Of a DNA stretch of 42,578 nt, positions 11,601 to 20,249 are shown one piece after another. How positions within the stretch are numbered: position 1 is the stretch's first letter; each line of letters opens with the position of its first letter. A program made the translations under genes and the position numbers. Source of the stretch: Candidatus Omnitrophota bacterium (GTDB lineage Bacteria > Omnitrophota > Gorgyraeia > Tantalellales > Tantalellaceae); assembly GCA_015233235.1 (NCBI GenBank), contig JADFYD010000003.1, forward strand, positions 1-42,578, given 5' to 3'. Under the pieces are notes generated by a model. The model worked only from the letters and a program-made list of their open reading frames with translations, was not told where the DNA came from and did not search any database.

Positions 11601-12890
11601 ATGGAAGGAACGCTGAAAATAGATACGCGTTTTTTGGAAGGTTTCGTTTCGCAAAAAGATCTCGGTGATATTTCTCCGCTTTTGAACGACGCGGAAAAAC
11701 TTCTCGCCGGCGGCAAGGGGCCGGGCAGCGATTTTCTGGGGTGGATGGACCTTCCGGAAAGGCTTTCGGATCGGGAAATAACCGGCGTAGAGAACTCCGC
11801 GAAAAGATTGTCGGGCCAGTCGGACGTTATCGTCGTGATCGGCATCGGCGGATCATATCTGGGAGCTAAAGCCGTGACGGAAATGCTTCTGCCGGATTTC
11901 AAGGATAAAAAAATAGTATTCGCCGGACACCAGATCTCCGGTGAGTATCACAGGGATCTTTTGGATTATCTTAAAGACAGGGAAGTCAGCGTCAATGTGA
12001 TATCAAAATCCGGAACGACGACAGAACCGGCGATAGCCTTCAGGGCCATTATGGACCTCATGAAGAAAAAGTACGGCGAAAATGGGATAAAGGACAGAAT
12101 CGTTTGTACCACCGACAGATCAAAAGGCGCCTTGAGATCGCTCGCCTCCGAGAAGGGCTTTGAAACTTTCATTGTTCCCGATGATGTGGGTGGGCGTTTT
12201 TCAGTGCTTACGCCTGTAGGGCTTTTGCCTATAGCGTGTGCCGGAATAAATATAAAGGATCTCGTGGCGGGTGCCAGGGAGATGCGCCAATTAGTTTCGT
12301 CCGGCCGTGTCGACGGAAATTTGAGCGCCGAATACGCCGCTGTGAGAAATATCCTTTACAGGAAAGGTAAAAAAATAGAGATCATGTCGAATTTTGACCC
12401 GAAAATGCATTTTGTCTCAGAGTGGTGGAAACAGCTTTACGGCGAAAGCGAAGGTAAAAATAAAAAGGGTATATTCCCGGCGGCATGTGATTTCACGACC
12501 GATCTGCATTCCATGGGACAATGGATACAGGACGGAGAAAGGGATATTTTTGAGACATTTTTGATCGAAGAGGTCGAGGATAAAGCGCTTGCCGTCCCAT
12601 CCGACGCGGATGACCTTGATGGCCTGAATTATCTGGCGGGTAAACAGTTTTCTTTTATCAATAAAAAGGCTTACTTGGCCACGGCCGAAGCCCATTTTGA
12701 GGGAGGCGTCCCTAATATCTCGATCTTATTCCCGGAAAAAAGCGCTTTTTTTGCCGGAGAGCTCATATATTTCTTTGAAAAGGCCGTCGCGCTTTCGGCA
12801 TACGCGCTCGGGTCAAACCCGTTCGATCAGCCCGGGGTAGAGTCTTACAAGAAAAAAATGTTCAAACTTTTAGGGAAGGGTCTGTCATAA
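11601..12890 (+). CDS. pgi: Glucose-6-phosphate isomerase (short bacterial type)
   Basis: 429 aa. Motifs present: GIGGSYLGAKA, ISKSGTTTEP, VGGRFSVLTPVGLLP, GESEGK. Confidence 0.9.
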   Translation: MEGTLKIDTRFLEGFVSQKDLGDISPLLNDAEKLLAGGKGPGSDFLGWMDLPERLSDREITGVENSAKRLSGQSDVIVVIGIGGSYLGAKAVTEMLLPDFKDKKIVFAGHQISGEYHRDLLDYLKDREVSVNVISKSGTTTEPAIAFRAIMDLMKKKYGENGIKDRIVCTTDRSKGALRSLASEKGFETFIVPDDVGGRFSVLTPVGLLPIACAGINIKDLVAGAREMRQLVSSGRVDGNLSAEYAAVRNILYRKGKKIEIMSNFDPKMHFVSEWWKQLYGESEGKNKKGIFPAACDFTTDLHSMGQWIQDGERDIFETFLIEEVEDKALAVPSDADDLDGLNYLAGKQFSFINKKAYLATAEAHFEGGVPNISILFPEKSAFFAGELIYFFEKAVALSAYALGSNPFDQPGVESYKKKMFKLLGKGLS

Positions 12891-12946
12891 GTTCATCTAT
12901 CGTAAAACTTATTATTCTCGCAGTAATAGGCTCGGCGCTGGTCGAG

Positions 12947-13822
12947 TTGAAACTCATGGACAAGCATTTTGTCGACAAACTCGGCAAACTGCTGGTGGTT
13001 CTTATCTTCCCGTGCCTCATTGCCCACAGGATAACTTCATCTTTCAGTTTTACCGAGCTTTATTACTGGTGGGCACTGCCGATAGCGGCTGTTGCTTTTT
13101 CGGCGCTGGGTTTATTGTTAGGTTTTTTGTTTTATGGTTTCAGTAAGGACAAAGAAGGGAAAAGGGAATTTTTATGCGCCGCGGCTTTCCAGAACTGCGG
13201 GTACCTTCCGATGAGCGTAATTTTTTTTATGTTCGACGGAGCGGTGCGCGACAAATTCCTCATTATGGTGTTTTTGTATATAATCGGGTTTGACCTTATC
13301 ATGTGGTCGTTCGTGCCGATATTTCTGTCCGGCGGAACAAAATTGAAAGAAGGTTTTAAAAATATATTCAGTCCGCCTGTCGTGGTCACTATTGTTTCAC
13401 TTTTATGGGTATTCTTTTTCGGGAAAGGGCATGTGCCGGATATCGTTATGGACCCCGTCGCGAAGATAGGCGACACCGCCTTTCCCTTGGTTATGATAGT
13501 ACTCGGAGCTTACCTGTCTATTTACAGAGGACATCTTCCGGAAAAGAAAACAGACGTGTTCCTGGTTTTGGTCGTGAGGTTCTTAGCTTTTCCGGCGCTG
13601 GTCTTGCTGGCGATGAAAGTTTTTCCGATGGACGCACATTTGAGGTTTTTTTTGTTCCTTCAGTCGATCATGCCGGTCGCCGTATCGCTTATCATCATCG
13701 GCGCATATACCAACGCGCGCAACAGGTTTTTGAGCAGCGTTATATTCTATTCGCATCTGCTGGGGATATTTCTGATCCCCTTGTGGCTGGAGATCTTTAA
13801 GTGCGCATTTAAGATGAAATAA
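12947..13822 (+). CDS. AEC-family (auxin efflux carrier-like) membrane transporter; the true start is probably upstream of the track start
   Basis: A polytopic membrane protein of AEC length and hydrophobicity pattern. The in-frame upstream extension encodes an apparent TM1 (IVKLIILAVIGSALV) but has no ATG/GTG/TTG (see finding). Confidence 0.7.
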   Translation: MKLMDKHFVDKLGKLLVVLIFPCLIAHRITSSFSFTELYYWWALPIAAVAFSALGLLLGFLFYGFSKDKEGKREFLCAAAFQNCGYLPMSVIFFMFDGAVRDKFLIMVFLYIIGFDLIMWSFVPIFLSGGTKLKEGFKNIFSPPVVVTIVSLLWVFFFGKGHVPDIVMDPVAKIGDTAFPLVMIVLGAYLSIYRGHLPEKKTDVFLVLVVRFLAFPALVLLAMKVFPMDAHLRFFLFLQSIMPVAVSLIIIGAYTNARNRFLSSVIFYSHLLGIFLIPLWLEIFKCAFKMK

Positions 13823-13831
13823 AGGAGAAAT

Positions 13832-16231
13832 ATGGCCAAAAAAAAACTTAAACCGAAGGAACTTAAGAATGTCTGTGACCCGTCGGTTTTTAAGTTCAAG
13901 ACCACCGAGAATTTCAATTTTGGCGTTGAGCCTTTGCATCAGGAACGGGGTGTGAGTTCTATCGATTTCGGGCTGGATATAAAATCGAAAGGCTTCAATG
14001 TTTTCGTATCGGGTCCTTCCGGTACCGGCAGAAATACGCAGGTAAAGAAAGCTGTATACCGCCTGGCTGAAAAACAGAAAACCCCCGATGACTGGGTGTA
14101 TGTGTACAATTTTATACACGAGGACGAACCGATCGCGGTCAGCCTTCCGTCCGGCATGGGAAAAGTGTTCAGGCGTGACATGGAGGAGCTGATATCGGAA
14201 CTTAAGAACGATATACCTAAAGCTTTTGAAAGCGACGATTATGAAAAAAGGAAACACGCGCTCTTGAAAGACTACAAGATGAAAAGGGACCGTGTCCTTC
14301 AGGATGTCGAGGATATCGCGTTCAAAAAAGGTTTTGTGCTTAAGCAGACCGCGACAGGGGTCATCCTTGTGCCTAGGATAAAAGACAGAGCGATGACCAA
14401 CGAGGAGTTTGAGGACCTTCCGGCGGCCGAAAGCGAAAGAATAGAAAAGAAAAAACATAACCTTCACATACAGATCGACCAGGTGCTCGCGGAAATAAGG
14501 GCAATGGAGAAGGACATTAAGGTGAAAGTTAAAGAACTTGAGAAGGCAGTCACTCTTTTTTCGGTCAAGCATACCATCGATGAACTGCGCAAAAAATACA
14601 GATTTTCCGGTGATGTGCTCTTGCACCTGAATCGTGTGCAGGAAGATATCCTTTCCAACATAGACGTGTTCAAGCCCGAAGAAGAAGCGCCGATGCTGCC
14701 GGTACTGGGGGCAAAACCCGCTCAGAGGGAAGATACTTTCAAGAAATATAAAGTGAACCTTCTTGTCGACCGGAGCTTTTCGGAAGGCGCGCCCGTGGTA
14801 ATAGAGTCGAACCCGACTTATTATAATCTGGTCGGCAGGATAGAGTACGTCGCCCAGTTCGGTGCGATGACCACCGATTTTACCATGATCGCTTCCGGGT
14901 CGCTTCACAAAGCGAATGGCGGATACCTGATTCTTCAGGCTGCGGATGTTATGACATCATTTATGGCGTGGGATGCGCTGAAAAGAGTGATACGCAATCA
15001 CCAAATAAAGGTCGAGGACATAAACGAACAGTTCCGCCTTATCTCTACGACGAGCCTGAAGCCCCGTCCCATACCGTGCGATATCAAGATCATCATGGTC
15101 GGTCCCGCATGGATGTACCGGCTGCTCTACATGTATGATGACGATTTTAAGAAAATGTTCAAGGTAAAGGCCGATTTTGAGAATGAGATCGACCGGACGA
15201 GCGAGAAAATAATGAAGTACGCGGCGTTCATAAAGGTCAGGTGCGACGAGGAAAAATTGAGGCATTTTGAAAAAAAGGCGGTCGCGCGCATTGTCGATTA
15301 CGGTTCGCGGTTGGTCGATGATCAAAACAAACTGAGCGCCCGCTTCATGCCAGTTGCGGATATTCTGCGCGAGGCCGACTATTGGGCCGAAAAAGAGGGC
15401 GCGAAATACGTCAGATACGAACATGTGGAAAAAGCTCTGAAGGAAAAGGTGTACCGCTCGGACCTTGTGGACCAGAAAATAACCGAGCTTATCGAAGAGA
15501 ACGTGATAATGATAGATGTGGAAGGTGCCGCGGTGGGACAGATTAACGGTTTGGCCGTATACAATATGGGCGATTTTTCTTTCGGTAAGCCATCGAGAAT
15601 AACCGTATCAAGTTTCATGGGAAAATCCGGTGTTATCGATATCGAACGGCAGGTTAAATTGGGCGGGAGCCTCCATTCTAAAGGCGTACTGATCCTCGGA
15701 GGGTATATGGGTGAAAAATACGCGCAGGAATATCCCTTATCCCTGAGCGCGCATATTTGTTTTGAACAAACCTACGACGGCGTTGACGGGGACTCCGCCT
15801 CAAGTACCGAAGCGTACTGTTTGATCTCTTCGCTCGCGGGTGTTCCGCTCAATCAGGGCATTGCCGTGACAGGTTCGATGAATCAGCACGGCGGCATACA
15901 GCCCATAGGCGGAGTTAACGAAAAGATAGAGGGATTTTACCATGTTTGCAAGGTAAAAGGTCTTACCGGGAAACAGGGAGTTATAATACCGTATCAAAAT
16001 ACCAGGCATCTGATGCTTAAAGATGAAGTGGTCGAAGCAGTGAAGGACGGTAAATTCCATATTTGGTCGGTTTCGACGGTGGATGAGGGCATTGAAATAC
16101 TGACAAGTAAAAAAGCCGGAACAAAAGGGAAGAACGGTAAATACCCCAAAGGCAGTATTAACTATCTGGTGAGCAAAAAATTGCAGGCATATGCCGAGTA
16201 TGAGTCAAAATCAAAAAAAACTAAAAAGTAA
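13832..16231 (+). CDS. Lon-like protease with AAA-like domain carrying a long helical insertion (LonC/AAA_32-like)
   Basis: 799 aa. The P-loop-like motif is GPSGTGRNT, with Arg where the Walker A Lys is expected. A coiled-coil-rich insertion is present. The C-terminal Lon protease domain carries DGDSASSTEAYCLISSLAG (Ser) and IGGVNEKIEGF (Lys). Confidence 0.85.
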   Translation: MAKKKLKPKELKNVCDPSVFKFKTTENFNFGVEPLHQERGVSSIDFGLDIKSKGFNVFVSGPSGTGRNTQVKKAVYRLAEKQKTPDDWVYVYNFIHEDEPIAVSLPSGMGKVFRRDMEELISELKNDIPKAFESDDYEKRKHALLKDYKMKRDRVLQDVEDIAFKKGFVLKQTATGVILVPRIKDRAMTNEEFEDLPAAESERIEKKKHNLHIQIDQVLAEIRAMEKDIKVKVKELEKAVTLFSVKHTIDELRKKYRFSGDVLLHLNRVQEDILSNIDVFKPEEEAPMLPVLGAKPAQREDTFKKYKVNLLVDRSFSEGAPVVIESNPTYYNLVGRIEYVAQFGAMTTDFTMIASGSLHKANGGYLILQAADVMTSFMAWDALKRVIRNHQIKVEDINEQFRLISTTSLKPRPIPCDIKIIMVGPAWMYRLLYMYDDDFKKMFKVKADFENEIDRTSEKIMKYAAFIKVRCDEEKLRHFEKKAVARIVDYGSRLVDDQNKLSARFMPVADILREADYWAEKEGAKYVRYEHVEKALKEKVYRSDLVDQKITELIEENVIMIDVEGAAVGQINGLAVYNMGDFSFGKPSRITVSSFMGKSGVIDIERQVKLGGSLHSKGVLILGGYMGEKYAQEYPLSLSAHICFEQTYDGVDGDSASSTEAYCLISSLAGVPLNQGIAVTGSMNQHGGIQPIGGVNEKIEGFYHVCKVKGLTGKQGVIIPYQNTRHLMLKDEVVEAVKDGKFHIWSVSTVDEGIEILTSKKAGTKGKNGKYPKGSINYLVSKKLQAYAEYESKSKKTKK

Positions 16232-16256
16232 AAAAATAAAAAGCGGAGAATAAAAA

Positions 16257-16928
16257 ATGGCGGGCAAAGATTATTATGGGGTGCTTGGGGTAGCGGAAAG
16301 CGCGAGTGAGGACGAAATTAAGAAGGCGTATAGAAAATTAGCGCTTAAGTACCATCCGGATAAAAATCCCGGCGATAAGAAAGCCGAGGAGCAGTTCAAA
16401 AAAATATCCGAAGCGTATTACACGCTGGGGGAGGCGCGCCGGCGCAAGGAATATGATAATCTGAGGAAAATGGGGGCTTATACAGATGATTATTCCGAGT
16501 CTCACGGTTTTGATCCTTCAGATTTCTTCAGCAATTTTTCACGGGGCGGAGGAAAAAGCCGCGCGTCAAGTCACGATTTCAGCGATATTTTTGCCGAAAT
16601 TTTCGGTAATGCCAACTTTGGTAACGCAGCGAGGGGCGGGGCAAGAAGCTATTACTATTCGCCGGGTGATTCCGGCGAGGGAGAACCGTATGAACAGGAA
16701 GAAAAAGAAGTGGATACGGATGTAACTGCCATGCTGCCTATCCCCGGTGCGATCGCCAATAAGGGCGGCGAAGCGAAATTCAAATTATCCGGGGGCAGTA
16801 CGATCAAATTGAAAGTTCCGGCGGACACGAAAGACGGAAGAAAATTCAGGTTAAGGGGCCAGGGTAAAAAGTGTCCCTGTTGCGGGCATAACGGGGATCT
16901 CATAGTAACGATCAAGGTAAAGGGCTAA
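16257..16928 (+). CDS. J-domain co-chaperone (short DnaJ/CbpA-like)
   Basis: The J domain DYYGVLGV...[16 protein letters not shown] contains HPD. A G/F-rich linker follows, and only a truncated C-terminal substrate-binding segment. Confidence 0.85.
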   Translation: MAGKDYYGVLGVAESASEDEIKKAYRKLALKYHPDKNPGDKKAEEQFKKISEAYYTLGEARRRKEYDNLRKMGAYTDDYSESHGFDPSDFFSNFSRGGGKSRASSHDFSDIFAEIFGNANFGNAARGGARSYYYSPGDSGEGEPYEQEEKEVDTDVTAMLPIPGAIANKGGEAKFKLSGGSTIKLKVPADTKDGRKFRLRGQGKKCPCCGHNGDLIVTIKVKG

Positions 16929-16929
16929 A

Positions 16930-17424
16930 GTGGTTACGTTAGTTGTTGACGCATATAACGCGATATATGCCATTCCGGAGATCAGAGCTCTTCTTAAGGA
17001 CAACCTCAAAAAAGCCAGAGATAAGGTCACCGCTCTCAGCAAAGAGTATGCACGCTCAAGCGGGTATATCAGCCACGTGAAAGTTGTTTTCGACGGCGAT
17101 GATAGGTATGCCTGGCTGAACAAGTATAGTAACAGCGATGGCACACAAATTTTCTCCGGCACGGACAAGGGGGACCGCACTATCATAGAGGCGGTGCGCA
17201 TTTGTTCATCGAAAGGAAGGGTCGTGTTGGCGTCCAATGACAATTATGTACGCAATAACGCCAGAGGATATGGCGCGACGGTCATCAATTCCGAAGAATT
17301 GATCAAGACCGTTACGAAAAAGTCTATCCGGGAAAAACAGGACGAAAAAGAATATAATAACGGCGTATATAAAGCTATCACCGATATGTATAGAAAGAAA
17401 CTTTTCGGGGAAGACAAAGCATGA
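16930..17424 (+). CDS. NYN/YacP-like predicted RNA-binding nuclease domain protein
   Basis: 164 aa. It has a GTG start 2 nt after the J-protein stop. LVVDAYNAIYAIPE...VVFDG...GTDKGDRTII resembles the YacP-like NYN family. It overlaps the next gene by 4 nt (ATGA). Confidence 0.65.
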   Translation: MVTLVVDAYNAIYAIPEIRALLKDNLKKARDKVTALSKEYARSSGYISHVKVVFDGDDRYAWLNKYSNSDGTQIFSGTDKGDRTIIEAVRICSSKGRVVLASNDNYVRNNARGYGATVINSEELIKTVTKKSIREKQDEKEYNNGVYKAITDMYRKKLFGEDKA

Positions 17425-18440
17425 TGAATAAAACGATATCCGGCGATCCGATACGAACGATAATAGAGTCAAAGATCATGCTGGCGCCGATGTCGGGTAT
17501 TACCGACGCCCCGTTCAGGATAATCGCCAGAAAATACGGATGCCGTTTTGCCTTCACCGAAATGATAGACGTGAGCGCGGTCTATTTTAAAAGCCGCAGA
17601 AATGCCCGCATGGTCGATTGGTCGAATGAAGATACCCCGCTTGCCATACAAATAGTCGGACAGGATATCGAAAAGATCTTATACGCGGCGAATTACGCGG
17701 AAGAGAAAGGCTATAGCCTGATAGATTTTAACGCGGCATGTCCCGCGCGTAAGGTCGTGAAAGGAGGTAAAGGTTCGGCATTGATGAGGGAAACACTTCG
17801 GTTCGCTAAGATAATCGAGACGCTCGCCGGCAGGGTAAAAGTCCCGATCACGGTGAAGATACGCAGCGGATGGGACGATCTTGACAAGAACTATCTTCAA
17901 GTGGCGAAAATAGCGGAATCATCCGGCGCTAAGGCCGTTTCAATACACCCCAGAACAAAAGAACAAATGTATAAAGGTAAGCCGGACTATAGCGTGATCA
18001 GGGAAATAAAGGAGAACCTGAAAATACCTGTATTCGGAAGCGGTAATATTTTTAGCTCCTTGGACGTTGAGAACATCATTAAGGAAACCGGATGTGACGC
18101 TGTTCACATCGCACGCGGCGCACTGGGAAAACCGTGGATATTTGAGGACACATATAATTATTTTAAGACGGGAGAAGCCCCGCGCAAAAGGACGTTTGAC
18201 GAGATAAAAAAAGCCATGGGTGAACACATGGCGCTCAACCTGCGTTACAACGGTATCTTCAGGAATAAGTGCTCGAGGGCATACAAGAACATCGCCTGGT
18301 ATCTTAAGGGGTACAAGAATCTCGATGAAGTCATGAAAGCGTACATAAAAATTGATTCCGAGGAAACTTTCGCCGAGTTTTTGCGGCAGCTTAGGATAGA
18401 TGAAAACAATCGGTTGCGATTTGATGATGGGCGGGTTTAA
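17421..18440 (+). CDS. dus: tRNA-dihydrouridine synthase
   Basis: 339 aa. LAPMSGITDAPFR, IDFNAACPARKV and SIHPRT typify Dus-family FMN enzymes. Confidence 0.9.
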   Translation: MMNKTISGDPIRTIIESKIMLAPMSGITDAPFRIIARKYGCRFAFTEMIDVSAVYFKSRRNARMVDWSNEDTPLAIQIVGQDIEKILYAANYAEEKGYSLIDFNAACPARKVVKGGKGSALMRETLRFAKIIETLAGRVKVPITVKIRSGWDDLDKNYLQVAKIAESSGAKAVSIHPRTKEQMYKGKPDYSVIREIKENLKIPVFGSGNIFSSLDVENIIKETGCDAVHIARGALGKPWIFEDTYNYFKTGEAPRKRTFDEIKKAMGEHMALNLRYNGIFRNKCSRAYKNIAWYLKGYKNLDEVMKAYIKIDSEETFAEFLRQLRIDENNRLRFDDGRV

Positions 18441-18572
18441 CGGCATATTCTGCGCGCCTTGGTCGGCAGCCGAGTCCATTATTATCAAGCAGGAGAAGAT
18501 CTTCGCTGTAGAGTATGTTAATAAAGGCCTCGGCGCCGACTCTGCGGTGCTCGAATATGCCGTTAAACCCGC
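18431..18572. repeat. 142-nt palindromic element with perfect 20-bp terminal inverted repeats (MITE-like or structured RNA)
   Basis: GCGGGTTTAACGGCATATTC (18431-18450) is the exact reverse complement of 18553-18572. Nested inner pairings are GTCGGCAGCCGAG (18462-18474) with CTCGGCGCCGAC (18529-18540, one bulge) and CCATTATTA (18476-18484) with TAATAAAGG (18519-18527, one mismatch). A central 10-nt palindrome GAAGATCTTC is also present. Confidence 0.7.
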
Positions 18573-18611
18573 GCTTTTGATGCGCTTCTGAAAAATATTT
18601 GGAGAAAATAT

Positions 18612-19202
18612 ATGAAAAAAATCATATTAGCGTCGGCGTCGAAGAGACGTTCCGAGATACTCAAAAGTTGCGGGATCGCACATGAATGTGTAGTGAGCCA
18701 TGTCAAAGAGATAGAATCGGGTAATCTGACAGTTAGAAAAATAGTCCTCAAGAATGCCGTCATGAAAGCCGAAAAAGTGTGCGAGCTCAGCCGGAAAGAA
18801 GTAATTATTTCAGCCGATACTCTGGTCGTTTCGGGCGGTAAAATAATCGGCAAACCCCGCGATGCGAAGCACGCCAAGAAAATGCTATTGGGTTTTTCAG
18901 GAAGATCAATAAAGGTTTATACCGGTATGTGTGTGATAAACGCTCTTACCGGCAAGAAAGCGCAAGCGGTTGACGTAAGCGGTATTAAAGTCATAAAAAT
19001 GGATGAAAAATTTGTCGCGGAAGTATTCGCGCACCTTGGACCGTATGACAAGGCCGGAGGGTTCTCCATAGAGGGCGTAGGATCGATGATCTTTGATGAT
19101 GTCACCGGCTCTTACTTCAACATTCTCGGCCTTTCCATGATGAAATTACGGGAACTGTTTGAGCGTGTCGGGCTGGATATTCTGGATTTTGTGAAATTGT
19201 GA
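18612..19202 (+). CDS. maf: Maf-family nucleoside triphosphate pyrophosphatase / septum formation protein
   Basis: 196 aa. IILASASKRRSEIL, ISADTLV and GGFSIEG are typical Maf motifs. Confidence 0.9.
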   Translation: MKKIILASASKRRSEILKSCGIAHECVVSHVKEIESGNLTVRKIVLKNAVMKAEKVCELSRKEVIISADTLVVSGGKIIGKPRDAKHAKKMLLGFSGRSIKVYTGMCVINALTGKKAQAVDVSGIKVIKMDEKFVAEVFAHLGPYDKAGGFSIEGVGSMIFDDVTGSYFNILGLSMMKLRELFERVGLDILDFVKL

Positions 19203-20203
19203 AAAAACATTATACGATTCCATTATTTGTCCTCCATAAGGGATGTCCGCATAAATGCGTGTACTGCGATCAGCGGGCTATTACGTCGCAGGAAGGTATT
19301 TCGCCTGAGGATGTTAAGCCTATTGTCGAGAAACACCTTGCGACCATTAACAGGGACGGCGCGGTCATCGAGGCCGGGTTTTTCGGCGGGACTTTTACGG
19401 CGCTGGATAAAACGGTGCAAACAAAGTTTCTTGAGCCGCTGCAGGAATTCATGGCCAATAACAGTATCTCCGGCATCAGACTTTCAACCAGGCCGGATTG
19501 CATTAGCGAAGATGTTTTAACTTTTTTGAAAGGATATGGCGTTAAAACCATAGAACTTGGGGTCCAATCCATGTCAGATACGGTTCTGGCTGCCGTTAAG
19601 CGAGGGTACACCGCAGAGGATGTTCGTCGTTCTTCTGAATCGATCGTTCGGCGCGGATTCACTCTTGTGCATCAGATGATGGTGGGTTTGCCGGAAAGCA
19701 CTTTTGATGACGAATATTGCACGGTAAAAGAGGCCGCACTGCTTGGCGCGGGTGAAATAAGAATATACCCGACGATCGTGGTTAAAAACACGGAACTGGC
19801 CAAATCTTGGGAGGAGGGCAAATATCACCCTTTACCGGAAGGTGAGGCTGTGAAAAGGTGCGTGAAACTCATGTTGTTCCTTAACGAAAAGAATATAAGA
19901 GTGATAAGGTGCGGGTTGCATCCGTCAGAAAATTTGATCAGCCATGAGGGCTATCTGGCCGGGCCGTTCCATCCGGCTTTCAGGCAGAAGGTGGATAGTG
20001 GAATCTTTGCGCTTGTGATGGAGAAGATATTGGCCTCATCCGGAGAAGTAACATCTCTTGCGATAAATCCTGAAGACGAATGCGCGTTTTACGGGTATGG
20101 CGGCAGCAATGTCGCGGCTCTCGATAAAATATTCAGCAACAAAAAACGGGTTATTGTAAAGGATACCTCGGTCGCACGCGGAGTGATTAATATTAAATGG
20201 TAA
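19199..20203 (+). CDS. Radical SAM protein, ELP3-like catalytic domain without acetyltransferase domain
   Basis: 334 aa. It has a GTG start overlapping the maf stop (GTGA). The CxxxCxxC cluster is CPHKCVYC. GGTFT and the TIELGVQS TIM-barrel motifs are also present. Confidence 0.8.
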   Translation: MKKHYTIPLFVLHKGCPHKCVYCDQRAITSQEGISPEDVKPIVEKHLATINRDGAVIEAGFFGGTFTALDKTVQTKFLEPLQEFMANNSISGIRLSTRPDCISEDVLTFLKGYGVKTIELGVQSMSDTVLAAVKRGYTAEDVRRSSESIVRRGFTLVHQMMVGLPESTFDDEYCTVKEAALLGAGEIRIYPTIVVKNTELAKSWEEGKYHPLPEGEAVKRCVKLMLFLNEKNIRVIRCGLHPSENLISHEGYLAGPFHPAFRQKVDSGIFALVMEKILASSGEVTSLAINPEDECAFYGYGGSNVAALDKIFSNKKRVIVKDTSVARGVINIKW

Positions 20204-20249
20204 TAGATTTTTCGGGTGACAATAGAGTGGGTACGCTGCAAAGGATTTC

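Noticed and set aside
13583-14908. A 441-aa minus-strand ORF antisense to the Lon-like gene and the end of the AEC gene. Similar 170-200-aa antisense ORFs occur at 4994-5536, 6541-7149, 17940-18488, 21564-22088 and 39239-39835.
   Set aside because: All lie exactly opposite well-supported, motif-rich plus-strand genes. The 441-aa ORF spans two plus-strand genes that share one reading frame, consistent with a frame-locked antisense register. Their composition (F/R/H/K/L-rich, no recognisable motifs, no SD) is what the reverse complement of E/K/D-rich codons gives. They stay open only because the sense genes avoid TTA/CTA/TCA codons. They are shadow ORFs.
18400-18591. A 63-aa plus-strand ORF filling the dus-maf gap.
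   Set aside because: It overlaps the dus 3' end and has no SD or recognisable motif. It is largely encoded by a long palindrome, which keeps frames open on both strands. I interpret it as a by-product of the palindromic element, though a small protein cannot be fully excluded.
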